Positions 27,435 to 37,406 of a stretch of DNA of 64,000 bases are shown here, one piece after another. Position 1 is the stretch's first letter. Each line of letters starts with the position of its first letter. The DNA lies in IMG/VR virus record IMGVR_UViG_3300042549_005931, positions 205,134 to 269,133 of that record; one strand, given 5' to 3'. The translations under genes and the position numbers were made by a program. The notes under the pieces were generated by a model. It saw nothing but the letters and a program-made list of their open reading frames with translations. It ran no database searches and was not told the origin of the DNA.

Positions 27435-27473
27435 TTAACAATATAACAGAAATTACTACAATAATAAACATTA

Positions 27474-28103
27474 TTACTTAAATGTAAAACCTGTTAATTT
27501 TTCTATTTGTGACACCGGTACTTCGTTATTTTCAAACCCATCTGGATTTGATAAATCATTGTTAAATAAGTACGCATGCCATTTTCCAGCAACCTGAACT
27601 ACTTTCCAACATTGTGTGGGAACCGATACCAACCCAATTTTCTTTGCTTCACCAACTGAACCACTCCATACTCTCACTTTTGCACTAATTAATGCCCAAT
27701 TTCTGGTTGCGGTTTCTAATGATTTCCAATCTCCAGCATTTAATCTATGTGTTTGTGCAACCATATTTGAGAAATAAAAACATTCATCTTGTACCGCTTG
27801 GGTTTGGCAAAGGTTGTCAGCTGCCGGCATTACATGTCCTCTATCGTATCCACTTTTTACATAGTAAACTGCAATATTAGTTTCATCTACCAATTGTGGG
27901 TCGGGCTTAAAGTTATCCTTTCTTTTTAATGGAGTTGGACAACCTACCATCGCTTTTGTTGTTTCCCATTGTACCAACACTGGATATCTTTTTGATTTAC
28001 TGAAGTGTGTTGTGTAATTTGTGTGTTTTAAGACAACGATGTCTTGAGCAATTATACTAAAAGGTAATATACCAATTAGTAAAAGTAACATTAGTTTTTT
28101 CAT
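27474..28103 (-). CDS. secreted DNA/RNA non-specific endonuclease
   Basis: Signal peptide; DRGHVMPAAD...FSNMVAQ...LNAGDWKSLE. Confidence 0.9.
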   Translation of the reverse strand: MKKLMLLLLIGILPFSIIAQDIVVLKHTNYTTHFSKSKRYPVLVQWETTKAMVGCPTPLKRKDNFKPDPQLVDETNIAVYYVKSGYDRGHVMPAADNLCQTQAVQDECFYFSNMVAQTHRLNAGDWKSLETATRNWALISAKVRVWSGSVGEAKKIGLVSVPTQCWKVVQVAGKWHAYLFNNDLSNPDGFENNEVPVSQIEKLTGFTFK

Positions 28104-28127
28104 AGTTTGTTTTGTTTAAAATTGTGT

Positions 28128-28937
28128 TTATAAATTTATACCCACTCCGATAATGCCATTTCTTCGTATTGGGTCATAGTCTAGTTTAATGGTGGCATAT
28201 TTGAAATCGTGTATTATACCAAATTTCATTGTCATAAAGTCCGAATTATATTTTGGGAATGTGATGTATCCAATTCTATCTTTTCCTTGAAATCTCACTT
28301 CCTCATTTCCTAAACCCAAAGATATGTGCATTCCGTTTCTACCATATCGTTTACCGATACCTGCGTAGAATACTTTGTTAGATACCCAATCCTCAACTAA
28401 TGGGAAATCAACAATATCTAAATTACCAAATGGAAAATATGACGATGAATTTTTTTGCGTTGATTGTTGATATTCCAATAATACATAGTTTACATGTCCT
28501 ATTGCCAACCAACCACCAATCTGATTACCTTTTGATGTTTGTACACCAAATGCCCAACGCATTGGTTTAACACTTATAGTGTCTCTCTTACCATCTTTGT
28601 AGATACGAACTTGACCTCTTTGTCTATATCCAAAGTCATCATAGAAATAATATGGATACATGTTGTAATATCCAAATCCATTAAACCATGGATACACACC
28701 ACCCACCCAAACTTGTCTGTTACGGTAATATGGGGTATTTGGATATTCTCTATATTGTGGTGTACTTCTCCATCTACTCACACCTTCATTACGATTTGGT
28801 TGTGAGTATTCTCTATTTGATGGTACGTTTACGCTACTCCTTTGTTGTGGTGCAGTTGTTGCACCACTTCTCCAAGAGGATACTTGTCCTAATAACAATG
28901 TTGGTAATAACAAAAATAATAATATTAATTGTTTCAT
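28128..28937 (-). CDS. exported outer-membrane beta-barrel-like protein
   Basis: Signal peptide, disordered N-terminus, amphipathic strands, terminal GVGINL. Confidence 0.6.
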   Translation of the reverse strand: MKQLILLFLLLPTLLLGQVSSWRSGATTAPQQRSSVNVPSNREYSQPNRNEGVSRWRSTPQYREYPNTPYYRNRQVWVGGVYPWFNGFGYYNMYPYYFYDDFGYRQRGQVRIYKDGKRDTISVKPMRWAFGVQTSKGNQIGGWLAIGHVNYVLLEYQQSTQKNSSSYFPFGNLDIVDFPLVEDWVSNKVFYAGIGKRYGRNGMHISLGLGNEEVRFQGKDRIGYITFPKYNSDFMTMKFGIIHDFKYATIKLDYDPIRRNGIIGVGINL

Positions 28938-28985
28938 AGTTATAATTATTTTACAACTATAAATATCAATTAAACAATTATCTTA

Positions 28986-29753
28986 TTACGCACCCACCGC
29001 TTTACTGAATCCATTAGGACAAGTTTTAGTACATACCAAAGATGCAACAACCGGTGCAACTGCCGCTCCGATTGCAATACCAACTCCCGCAGGTGTTGCC
29101 CATAAAGCTGCCGAATCTAAACTGTAGTAAATACAATTTGATATTACATTTTTTAATAGTTGAGAATCAACACTTCCACCAACACCGGGTATTTCTAAAA
29201 ATGCGTTCGCCACTATTGAACCCATTGCGGTTGCTACCGTTGATTTGACAGCAATATCGGCAGTATAAAGAACCGGTGTTGCCATTAACGACAATGTGGT
29301 TGAAGTTGCAGCTCCCGCAGGTTGTGCGGGTGTGAATGCTGCAACACAACCCATAGAAATTGCCGCAGTTATTCCAATTGTACAAGCATTTGCATCTGCC
29401 CATTTATATGCTGACACCGCACCCGCTGCAACTATTTCAACGCCTGCCACAATTTGTTGTTCAGCTTGTTTGGATAATTGAATAAATTCGCTTTGAGTTA
29501 CATCAAATCCCACCTTTGCAAATTCCTCAGTACTACTTGCAATGGTACAAGCCACGCTTTCTACTCTATGCGCACTATCGGTGGCAAATGTTGCTGAATA
29601 ATTGTATGCATCTACTACACCACCTATTGCAACGTTTATACCATCTCCTATTGGTTTAATAACTGCATCATTAATTGGTTGAATTACGTTATCATTAATT
29701 GTATTTCCCAAATCTACAAATGCGTTTTCAATTGCTTTTCCTGCTCCGCCCAT
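28986..29753 (-). CDS. Ala/Gly-rich hypothetical membrane or virion protein
   Basis: 255-aa ORF. Confidence 0.65.
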   Translation of the reverse strand: MGGAGKAIENAFVDLGNTINDNVIQPINDAVIKPIGDGINVAIGGVVDAYNYSATFATDSAHRVESVACTIASSTEEFAKVGFDVTQSEFIQLSKQAEQQIVAGVEIVAAGAVSAYKWADANACTIGITAAISMGCVAAFTPAQPAGAATSTTLSLMATPVLYTADIAVKSTVATAMGSIVANAFLEIPGVGGSVDSQLLKNVISNCIYYSLDSAALWATPAGVGIAIGAAVAPVVASLVCTKTCPNGFSKAVGA

Positions 29754-29780
29754 AATTTTTGTTTTTTTTAGTTCAATAGT

Positions 29781-30089
29781 TTATTTTATTTCCATTTTCA
29801 TTAAGTATAGTTCATCATTTTCAAAAAAATCTTTGAATCCAAACATTTTTGCTAATTTCTTTGCTTTTAGATTACCTTTTACAGGTGCTCCATATATTTC
29901 AGTATATCCCTCATCCTTAAAGTTTTGAAGAATACTATTATAAATATTTAACATTCTTTTAAAAAAAGAATATGACCATACCTCCTCATTAAAACTTACA
30001 TGTATTGCAATTTTTGTTCTATTAAAAAGATAATCACACTCCACCAATACTTCTTCATCTTCATATAGTGTAACCCGTATCGATGTCAT
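29781..30089 (-). CDS. hypothetical protein, possibly GNAT-like
   Basis: GNLKAKKLAKMFGF resembles GNAT motif B. Confidence 0.5.
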   Translation of the reverse strand: MTSIRVTLYEDEEVLVECDYLFNRTKIAIHVSFNEEVWSYSFFKRMLNIYNSILQNFKDEGYTEIYGAPVKGNLKAKKLAKMFGFKDFFENDELYLMKMEIK

Positions 30090-30092
30090 ACA

Positions 30093-30659
30093 TTATTTTA
30101 TAAGATGATTTTTGGTTATATAATTAAAAATATCTAAAGACGTTTCTTGGTTAACATTAAAATCTATAAAATCTATGTTATTACTTACCAGCTTATGTTT
30201 TATTTCCTCGTCAATTTGTTTTGATTCGTTTAAGTCTTGGAACCTACCATTTTGGTCATAGGTTTCATCGTTTCTATTGAGGAATATGTTTAGACTATTG
30301 TACTTCTTAAATAAGCTTAAAATGAAAGTATCATATGTTTCATCATAGAACGTTGCAGGATACTCCGGCGTATCATTATATCTTTCCTTATATACCAAAC
30401 CTAATATGATTGGTGAATCAACAATTATATAATCAACTTTTCCATACAACCTACTAATGTTCCTATGTTGATTGGCCGTAATATAAAATTGGTCTTTAAT
30501 TGCTGAGAAGTTTTCCTCCCAAGCAACAATCTTAGGAAACTCAAATGTTAGTTCAACATCCATGTGATGTTTTTTCATTTCGGTAAATAAACCCGATGAT
30601 TGTGTGGACTTTCCGATGCCTGGACCGCCAAAGAAATTAATTATTAAGCTCATATCCAA
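30093..30659 (-). CDS. P-loop NTPase/kinase (AAA_28/NadR-like)
   Basis: GGPGIGKST Walker A; IIVDSP Walker B. Confidence 0.8.
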   Translation of the reverse strand: MDMSLIINFFGGPGIGKSTQSSGLFTEMKKHHMDVELTFEFPKIVAWEENFSAIKDQFYITANQHRNISRLYGKVDYIIVDSPIILGLVYKERYNDTPEYPATFYDETYDTFILSLFKKYNSLNIFLNRNDETYDQNGRFQDLNESKQIDEEIKHKLVSNNIDFIDFNVNQETSLDIFNYITKNHLIK

Positions 30660-30718
30660 ATATATATTTTTTTTGTGTAAATAACAATATATTTATTTAT
30701 TTAAAGGTATTTATTACT

Positions 30719-31024
30719 ATGGAAAACATGTACACCGTATTATTAACCGCAGTCACAGTATTAGGCTCTGCCGGGGCTTGGAGGTTCTACGAAAGAAGAG
30801 CATTACACAAAGAAAGAGATGAAGATTTTATTCGTCATGACTGTAAAGATAGAATTTCTAAGTTAGAAGGATTATTAGAATCGGCATCAAAAGAGAAAGA
30901 TGAATTACGTACAATGGTTTTAACGTTAACCAGAGAAGTTGCGGCATTAAGTGTTAAAGTTGAATATCTAACCAAAGAAAACGAAGTATTACATAAAACA
31001 ACAACAAGAACCAAAAAAGTTTAA
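30719..31024 (+). CDS. TM plus coiled-coil protein (holin-like)
   Basis: N-terminal TM segment followed by heptads. Confidence 0.55.
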   Translation: MENMYTVLLTAVTVLGSAGAWRFYERRALHKERDEDFIRHDCKDRISKLEGLLESASKEKDELRTMVLTLTREVAALSVKVEYLTKENEVLHKTTTRTKKV

Positions 31025-31590
31025 CAACTTTTGGTTAACAAATCGAATATAGTTATAATATCTTCCAAACACAAATAATTATAACATTCGGAATATCCTG
31101 AGAAGGATTCTAAAACGGGTCTGTATTTTTTTACAGACCTTTTTTTATTTAACGTATCTTTAATATCTGATTCAAGTTTTTCAGCATTTGGTGTATCAAT
31201 CCTTCTCAATATAGATTCAACCACATATCCATCATAACCATATGCTTTACTGAATCTCCTCATAATAAAACGTTTTGATGTGATACCAACTTTGACAAAT
31301 GTTTTACCGGTACTCTCTTCTTTAATTAATACAAGATAAAGTGATTTGGGTAACTTAGATATTTTCTTTTTCTTATCTTGTGATTTTTTTACCAACTTTA
31401 AATTAACATAATCTTTGGCCTTATCCAATGTTTTAAATTCTTTTACATCACGATATGGATTTGCAACAACTTTCTTAAAACGTTCAATAAAGATTGTCTT
31501 ACCACTATCTACTTGATATTTCACACCCTTCAATGTTTTAATCTCATAGATTGAATAATATCCAATGTTTAATAATAGTTTTTGTGACAT
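31021..31590 (-). CDS. GIY-YIG/T5orf172-like nuclease domain protein
   Basis: LYLV...VKVGITS...RRF...AEKLE. Confidence 0.65.
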   Translation of the reverse strand: MSQKLLLNIGYYSIYEIKTLKGVKYQVDSGKTIFIERFKKVVANPYRDVKEFKTLDKAKDYVNLKLVKKSQDKKKKISKLPKSLYLVLIKEESTGKTFVKVGITSKRFIMRRFSKAYGYDGYVVESILRRIDTPNAEKLESDIKDTLNKKRSVKKYRPVLESFSGYSECYNYLCLEDIITIFDLLTKSC

Positions 31591-31666
31591 AATAATAGAT
31601 ATAGTATAATCAATAAATCCTTGATTTTGTAGATAAAAAAAGATATTTATTTAATATTTATGTATT

Positions 31667-33403
31667 ATGGATATTAAAAAAATCATTCGTCAATTTTTAT
31701 TAGAACAAGAGGGTGAAGAGGCGGCACCACAACAACCACAGTTAACAAGACAACAAAGAGAATCATATGACCGTTTAGCTGCAAAATGGAAACAAGAAAA
31801 TCCTGAATTAAGTGATGATGAGGCAATGAAAATTTTCGTTGAGTTTAGAAAGGCATTATCCTTAATAAAAGATGAAACTCAGCCAGAAGTAAAATCATTT
31901 TTATTTCGAGGTAATGGTAAGTACACCATTAACGACTTAAGAACACCAAACAAAGTAAGTCTTCAAGACCTATTAGATTTTTTACTTGAATTAACAAGAT
32001 TCCGTATTAAACTTGGTGGTGGTGTAGACGAAAGAGCCAATTTAGAAAGACAAAGAATTGACAACATTTTTAATGAAAAAGTTGATAGAGGAGGTACAGG
32101 TTCCATCACACCAAAAAAGATTGAAGAATCTAAAAAAATGTGGGAAGGTCAACAAAATCTTGTAATTGATGAGGGTAACTTTAGAGTATACGAAATTAAT
32201 ACACAACAAGACGCTCAAAGATTTGGATACTATTATCAAGAAAAACTTAGAGAATTAGTTACTTACAATGTTGATAACCAAGTTGGTTCACTTATTGACA
32301 TATATAGGTCAAAGGATGATTACGCAAATCAACCTAGAACAAGATACTCGGTAACACCTTGGTGTGTTTTTAGTAGAGGTGAAGACCAAAAAGTGAGTTA
32401 CAAAAATCAAATGATTGTAAATCCAATTCGTAACATGTATACCAGTTATCGAAATGGTGCATTTTTCTATGTAGCAATTGATGAATCGAAAGATTTATTT
32501 GCACCGGGTGGCGAATATTACATTAGTACAATAATGGCAAGAAGTGATGGTGGTTTTAAAATCGCTTCAATGTATAATGGTGAATATAACGTATCACAAC
32601 AAGAGTTATTAAAAATTTATCCAAAATTACAAGGTCATTTTGATTCGTTTAATTATAAACCATTTGACCGTAACGCTGAGACTGACGAAAATGTCCCACA
32701 AAGCATAACTGACATCGTCAATGAAAATGAAGGTTCACCTAATGCTTTTTGGATGCAAACAATTGACACTAAAAGAGCATTTATTGAAGCTGGTGGATTT
32801 TTGAAAAATCCAAAATCGTGGGAAGCTATGAATAATGATTTGAGAAAAGAATATATAGACTCACTTCAAGACCACGATGCAAGACAAAAGATTGGTTCGG
32901 AAGAATTTATGAAGGCAATTTTCAAATCGGGTACCGCACTTAAACAAAGATTAGATAACAAATTGAAAGCCCTTGGTTTTTCAGGCATTGGTTATTTGGT
33001 TGACGACTTTATGAAAATTAATTACGGACCAGATTTTTATGGTAAGAAAAATAGTTTGATTAGAATATACAAAAACATTCATACTAAGTTGTATGGTATC
33101 TATGATGTTAATGAGGGTACTTGGTTAAATAGAGATGGAGTTGAGTATGAAGCCGAATTTACATTACGGTCATTACCAAAATCTGAAGATGTGTTTGATG
33201 ATGAAAATGATAAAATTTATACTGTAAATGAATTTGTTTCACCAAACGCTAAGTTCTATACATTAACTGACTTGGATGATAATGATTATAAAGTATATAT
33301 ACTATCTGAAAAGAAATATCGTGAATTAAAAGAAAAATTGGGTGATGACATTACACAACCTGATTTTGATACTGATACCGATATTGGTGAACAACACATA
33401 TAA
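31667..33403 (+). CDS. large hypothetical protein with LLEQ leader; partly paralogous to 38399..39352
   Basis: 578 aa; shared WC...MYTSYR...FY block. Confidence 0.7.
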   Translation: MDIKKIIRQFLLEQEGEEAAPQQPQLTRQQRESYDRLAAKWKQENPELSDDEAMKIFVEFRKALSLIKDETQPEVKSFLFRGNGKYTINDLRTPNKVSLQDLLDFLLELTRFRIKLGGGVDERANLERQRIDNIFNEKVDRGGTGSITPKKIEESKKMWEGQQNLVIDEGNFRVYEINTQQDAQRFGYYYQEKLRELVTYNVDNQVGSLIDIYRSKDDYANQPRTRYSVTPWCVFSRGEDQKVSYKNQMIVNPIRNMYTSYRNGAFFYVAIDESKDLFAPGGEYYISTIMARSDGGFKIASMYNGEYNVSQQELLKIYPKLQGHFDSFNYKPFDRNAETDENVPQSITDIVNENEGSPNAFWMQTIDTKRAFIEAGGFLKNPKSWEAMNNDLRKEYIDSLQDHDARQKIGSEEFMKAIFKSGTALKQRLDNKLKALGFSGIGYLVDDFMKINYGPDFYGKKNSLIRIYKNIHTKLYGIYDVNEGTWLNRDGVEYEAEFTLRSLPKSEDVFDDENDKIYTVNEFVSPNAKFYTLTDLDDNDYKVYILSEKKYRELKEKLGDDITQPDFDTDTDIGEQHI

Positions 33404-33429
33404 AAAAAAGGGACATTAAGTCCCTTTTT

Positions 33430-34272
33430 TTATGCTAACAATTTATAATATTCTTTAAAGTGTTTTATACGGTCAGCCAATCCAATTGTACCTCCGTTAA
33501 CTCTTTTAGTAATCTTTGTCACAACTGCATCAGAAGAACCTTCATCTGCCATCTTATGTAACCCATTCTTAGAGAAGAACCAAGCTGCGGATAATAATGC
33601 ATAACTTGATGCAACCTTGTCAGGATTTGAACATATATCTTCATTAATTGATTTACCAAATGATGTATAGTTTTCTTTACCGGTCAATTGAATATATCCA
33701 CGACCTCTAAATTTATATCCCTCTTGTGTTGGTTCGGGACCATTACCCATTCTACCACCATAAACCTTAGAAGCTATCTTCACAGGATTTCTAGCGTAAG
33801 GTGTTGCCGCAGCCTCAGTTGGAAAATATTTCTTAAACGTTCCAGTTAACCCCTTAGCTGAATAATTTAAGTTTTCTTGTGTAGCTCTAAAACCTCCCGA
33901 TTCGTGTCCACATTGTGCCAAGAAATGTGCTAATCTTAATGGTGTGTTAATTGCAAATTTAGCAGCAGTGTCAGGTATCTGTGCGATAACTGCATCAGGT
34001 ATATGACCACGTAACTTCTCAAGTTTTAGACCACCAGCAGATGCCACTGGTGCCGGTTCTGTAATTAGTGTTGGTGCGGATACCGTACTCTCACTAAACA
34101 TTTTACCCCATGTACCATCACCAACAATACCATCAGCAGTCAATCCATGTTTAGATTGCCATTCTCTAACGGCTGCGTCAGTCTTTGGTCCAAACTTTCC
34201 TATTGGGTCTACTCCCAATTTTTGTTGGAGTTTCTTTACATCTTCTCCTTCGGAACCTAATTTTAATAACAT
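33430..34272 (-). CDS. endolysin, PG-binding domain plus GH19
   Basis: GKFGPKT/DGIVGDGT repeats; HFLAQCGHESGGF; RGRGYIQLTG. Confidence 0.92.
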   Translation of the reverse strand: MLLKLGSEGEDVKKLQQKLGVDPIGKFGPKTDAAVREWQSKHGLTADGIVGDGTWGKMFSESTVSAPTLITEPAPVASAGGLKLEKLRGHIPDAVIAQIPDTAAKFAINTPLRLAHFLAQCGHESGGFRATQENLNYSAKGLTGTFKKYFPTEAAATPYARNPVKIASKVYGGRMGNGPEPTQEGYKFRGRGYIQLTGKENYTSFGKSINEDICSNPDKVASSYALLSAAWFFSKNGLHKMADEGSSDAVVTKITKRVNGGTIGLADRIKHFKEYYKLLA

Positions 34273-34422
34273 ATTTGTGTTTGTTTTATAGTTTATTATA
34301 TACTATAAATACTTGGAAAAAGGATTACTTTCGTTAGTCAAAGTTTTAAATGATAATAACACATTTTAAAATCTTTTTGATGATTTGTAGGATATTTATA
34401 AATTCATACCTATTTTTGTGAT

Positions 34423-34884
34423 ATGAAGAAAACAATTTTTGCATCCGCGATTGTTCTTTTTTCATTCGTATCTTTTGGTAACACATTAGATTCTTTATCG
34501 AAAAAAGACACCATTAAGAGTAAAATTGGTGAAATCAACAAGAATACCTTGTACAATCAGATTGTCGAAGCGGGTATTCAATTTCCTCAAATCGTTCTGG
34601 CTCAAGCTCTTTTAGAATCAGGACATTTTAAATCCAAACTGTTTAAGTATAATAACAATTTGTTTGGTATGCGTTTGCCCAAAGCAAGAAAGACCACAGC
34701 TATTGGAAAGAAACGTCATTACGCCGTTTATAAAGATTGGATAGGTTCAGTCGAAGATTATAAACATTGGCAAAATAAAATCCCAAATAAACACAAGAGT
34801 TCTAAGAAGGCTTACTTGAGGTACTTAAGTCGTTATTACTCGAAATCGGGAAATTATAGTAAAAAATTGAAAAAAATTATCTAA
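34423..34884 (+). CDS. exported glucosaminidase (GH73-like)
   Basis: Signal peptide; LAQALLESG...NNLFGM. Confidence 0.85.
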   Translation: MKKTIFASAIVLFSFVSFGNTLDSLSKKDTIKSKIGEINKNTLYNQIVEAGIQFPQIVLAQALLESGHFKSKLFKYNNNLFGMRLPKARKTTAIGKKRHYAVYKDWIGSVEDYKHWQNKIPNKHKSSKKAYLRYLSRYYSKSGNYSKKLKKII

Positions 34885-34916
34885 TAAAAAACCCCTCATT
34901 TTGTGAGGGGTTTTTT

Positions 34917-35351
34917 TTATAAGAATCTTTTAAAATTTGCTTTTATTTTTTGAACAGATTCGTTCATCATTTCATTCTCTTCTTCCTCATCTTCTTCTTC
35001 TTCCTTCTCATCTTCTTTTTCTTCGTCACCCATCACAGGAACTTCATTTTCTTCTTCCTCCTCATCCTCTTCTTCTTCCTCATCTTCTTTCTCTTCACTC
35101 TTACCACTTAAGATAGTACTTTTTGCTAAACTAAAAATCCCTTCAATATAGTCTGGGTCTTTGCAGTTATCAGGGAATAATTCACAATATAAATCGGCAA
35201 TCTTTTCGATTGACTCGTGAGTAGATTCTTCTTTCTCTTCTTCTTCGTTAGCTTCTTTAGCAAAACCAAATCCTGCTTGTTGCTCTTGAATATTCTTTGA
35301 TTTAATAATTCTTTTTAATTGTTCTTCGGTAATTTTGATTTTATTTGCCAT
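34917..35351 (-). CDS. acidic low-complexity protein with ITEEQ leader (scaffold/core-like)
   Basis: Poly-E/D tract; C-terminal MNESVQKIKANFKRFL. Confidence 0.7.
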   Translation of the reverse strand: MANKIKITEEQLKRIIKSKNIQEQQAGFGFAKEANEEEEKEESTHESIEKIADLYCELFPDNCKDPDYIEGIFSLAKSTILSGKSEEKEDEEEEEDEEEEENEVPVMGDEEKEDEKEEEEDEEEENEMMNESVQKIKANFKRFL

Positions 35352-35472
35352 TTTGATTTTATTATATAAATATATGGATTTTAATAAAAAAGGGATAAGA
35401 GTAGCGAATTCTTATCCCGACACCTGAGGCCATTACTAACCCGGTCCTAAGTTGGGTCTTCAAACCCAATTA

Positions 35473-35832
35473 TCATTCGTCACCACGCCATCTTCCTGGT
35501 GCGTTTTGGTATATATCTGACATCATGTTAACATAATTTTTTTCAACCTCATCTCTATTTGTAACACTTGCAATTAGTTTTGGAATCATATTGGAAATGT
35601 TTTCAATCGATAATTTAATACTTTCAATATATTCCTTTTCTGCCGGTGTGTATTTGCCATCTCCAAATAACATGGTTGACGTAGCATCGGCAATATGACC
35701 ATTTACCTTCTCAAGAAAAAAATTGCCTCTATATAAATTATATATTAGTTGGTTATCCTTATCGGATAAATCTTCATTAACTAATGAGGTAGTTATTCTT
35801 TTTAATTGTTCTTCACTTATTTTGACTTTCAT
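35473..35832 (-). CDS. leader-bearing hypothetical protein
   Basis: MKVKISEEQLKRITTSLVNED. Confidence 0.75.
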   Translation of the reverse strand: MKVKISEEQLKRITTSLVNEDLSDKDNQLIYNLYRGNFFLEKVNGHIADATSTMLFGDGKYTPAEKEYIESIKLSIENISNMIPKLIASVTNRDEVEKNYVNMMSDIYQNAPGRWRGDE

Positions 35833-35835
35833 ATC

Positions 35836-36465
35836 TTATAACTTAGGTTTTATCATATTATAAATTAATTCACTAATATCTTCAGGGTCAGTGATTCCCG
35901 CTTTCTGTACTTTACCTTTTAACATGTTAAGATACCCCTCAAACATTTTATCGGTATAATTGTCATAACCACCTGTATCTCTAACATTTTGGTCTGCCGG
36001 TATAACACCCATTGATTGTAGTTGTCTACATTTTCTCAATGCAAATTGGTCAGCAACATTCTCAATATATCTTAAAAATCCAACGGCACCATCTGTTTCC
36101 AATTCACCTGTATACATATCATATATCAATTCCTTACTATATTTGTTGTATTGGTGTTGATGCGCAATCTCATGAAAAATAACAAACATCAAATCAGCCA
36201 ACGCATTTGGATTTGGTTTTAATCCATCTTCTAAAAGTCCACTTGATATTACAACTCTATTGTGTAACGATAAACCATTTGCCATTGACATTGGTTCGAA
36301 ACCAATATTCTGACATCCTGATTTTTCAATATTTGATTTAATAGTATTCCTATGTTCATCAAGTTCAGGGAATTTATTAACTATTTGGTCAATAAATAAA
36401 TCCATACCACCAGTTTCCTCGTTGAGTAATTTAAAATATTGACTTTCAGTTAAAATGATATTCAT
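35836..36465 (-). CDS. leader-bearing HExxH metallopeptidase-like protein
   Basis: MNIILTESQ...LLNEE; FHEIAHQHQ...ENVADQFA. Confidence 0.75.
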   Translation of the reverse strand: MNIILTESQYFKLLNEETGGMDLFIDQIVNKFPELDEHRNTIKSNIEKSGCQNIGFEPMSMANGLSLHNRVVISSGLLEDGLKPNPNALADLMFVIFHEIAHQHQYNKYSKELIYDMYTGELETDGAVGFLRYIENVADQFALRKCRQLQSMGVIPADQNVRDTGGYDNYTDKMFEGYLNMLKGKVQKAGITDPEDISELIYNMIKPKL

Positions 36466-36884
36466 TACTTATGTTTTATAATTAATTCTCCCAAAACTTC
36501 TAAACGACCCACTTCTTTTTGGAATGTAGTTTGGTCCATCTCTAATGAAATACTTTTTAATGTTTCTTTAAATTCTTTTTTTGCATCATCAACATCAAAC
36601 TTACCTTCTTTCGCTTTTTTATAATATGGAAATTTCACTTTAAAGTGATGATAGGTTAACATTGCCGGACCACCTTTTCTTTTTGAATTCTCAGCAATCT
36701 TTTCGGCCCCACCTAATCTTTTCTCCGCAAACTCATCAAATACTCTTGGTGAATTGTTTCTACCACATTTATGACAAAGATACGGTTTTTTACCACCTTC
36801 AGATTTTTTCCAAGACCAACCACATTGACATTCAATATTGTCAACTTTCTCTTCAAATAATAAGTCAATTAATTTAATTCCCAT
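36465..36884 (-). CDS. hypothetical protein with Zn-ribbon
   Basis: CQCG...CHKCG; MGIKLIDLLFEE N-terminus. Confidence 0.7.
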   Translation of the reverse strand: MGIKLIDLLFEEKVDNIECQCGWSWKKSEGGKKPYLCHKCGRNNSPRVFDEFAEKRLGGAEKIAENSKRKGGPAMLTYHHFKVKFPYYKKAKEGKFDVDDAKKEFKETLKSISLEMDQTTFQKEVGRLEVLGELIIKHK

Positions 36885-37390
36885 TATACTTCAGAATCTT
36901 CGTTAAACATTAAATCATACCAAGACATCGGTAATACAACAGATATTTTAGTTTTTTTATCGTTGACATCGACTCTAATAAGATTATTCATACTATCACG
37001 ATATTCCATACCACCAAATATACGTAACACCTCATTATAAATTTCTTCAGTAAAATCTAAACGAATAGCAAACAAATCATTGGAAGTTTCTGGTTTAATC
37101 AATTTATATCCTTGAGCTTCACCTAATTCTCTTAATTCTCTTGCCATTACCTCATCATCACCTTCACCACCCTCAATAAATGATTGTCTTTCAGGTTCTC
37201 TAAATGATTCAGGTATATCAGTTTCACCACCACTTTTTAAGTAGTCAATTTCATCTTGAGCCATACCCTCTAACCCAACTTCATTATATTTGTCAAGTAT
37301 TAAATCGTATATATGTGAATCAAAATCCTCATTGATTAATGATGAAATTCTTTTCAATTGTTCTTCTGTTAATATAATTTTCTTTCCCAT
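36884..37390 (-). CDS. leader-bearing acidic protein
   Basis: Restarted at MGKKIILTEEQLKRISSLINED. Confidence 0.75.
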   Translation of the reverse strand: MGKKIILTEEQLKRISSLINEDFDSHIYDLILDKYNEVGLEGMAQDEIDYLKSGGETDIPESFREPERQSFIEGGEGDDEVMARELRELGEAQGYKLIKPETSNDLFAIRLDFTEEIYNEVLRIFGGMEYRDSMNNLIRVDVNDKKTKISVVLPMSWYDLMFNEDSEV

Positions 37391-37406
37391 GTATATAAAT
37401 ACTATT

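Noticed and set aside
35385-35470. Structured spacer between 35351 and 35473
   Set aside because: Adequately explained by a minus-strand terminator (GGGATAAGA/TCTTATCCC) plus a small hairpin
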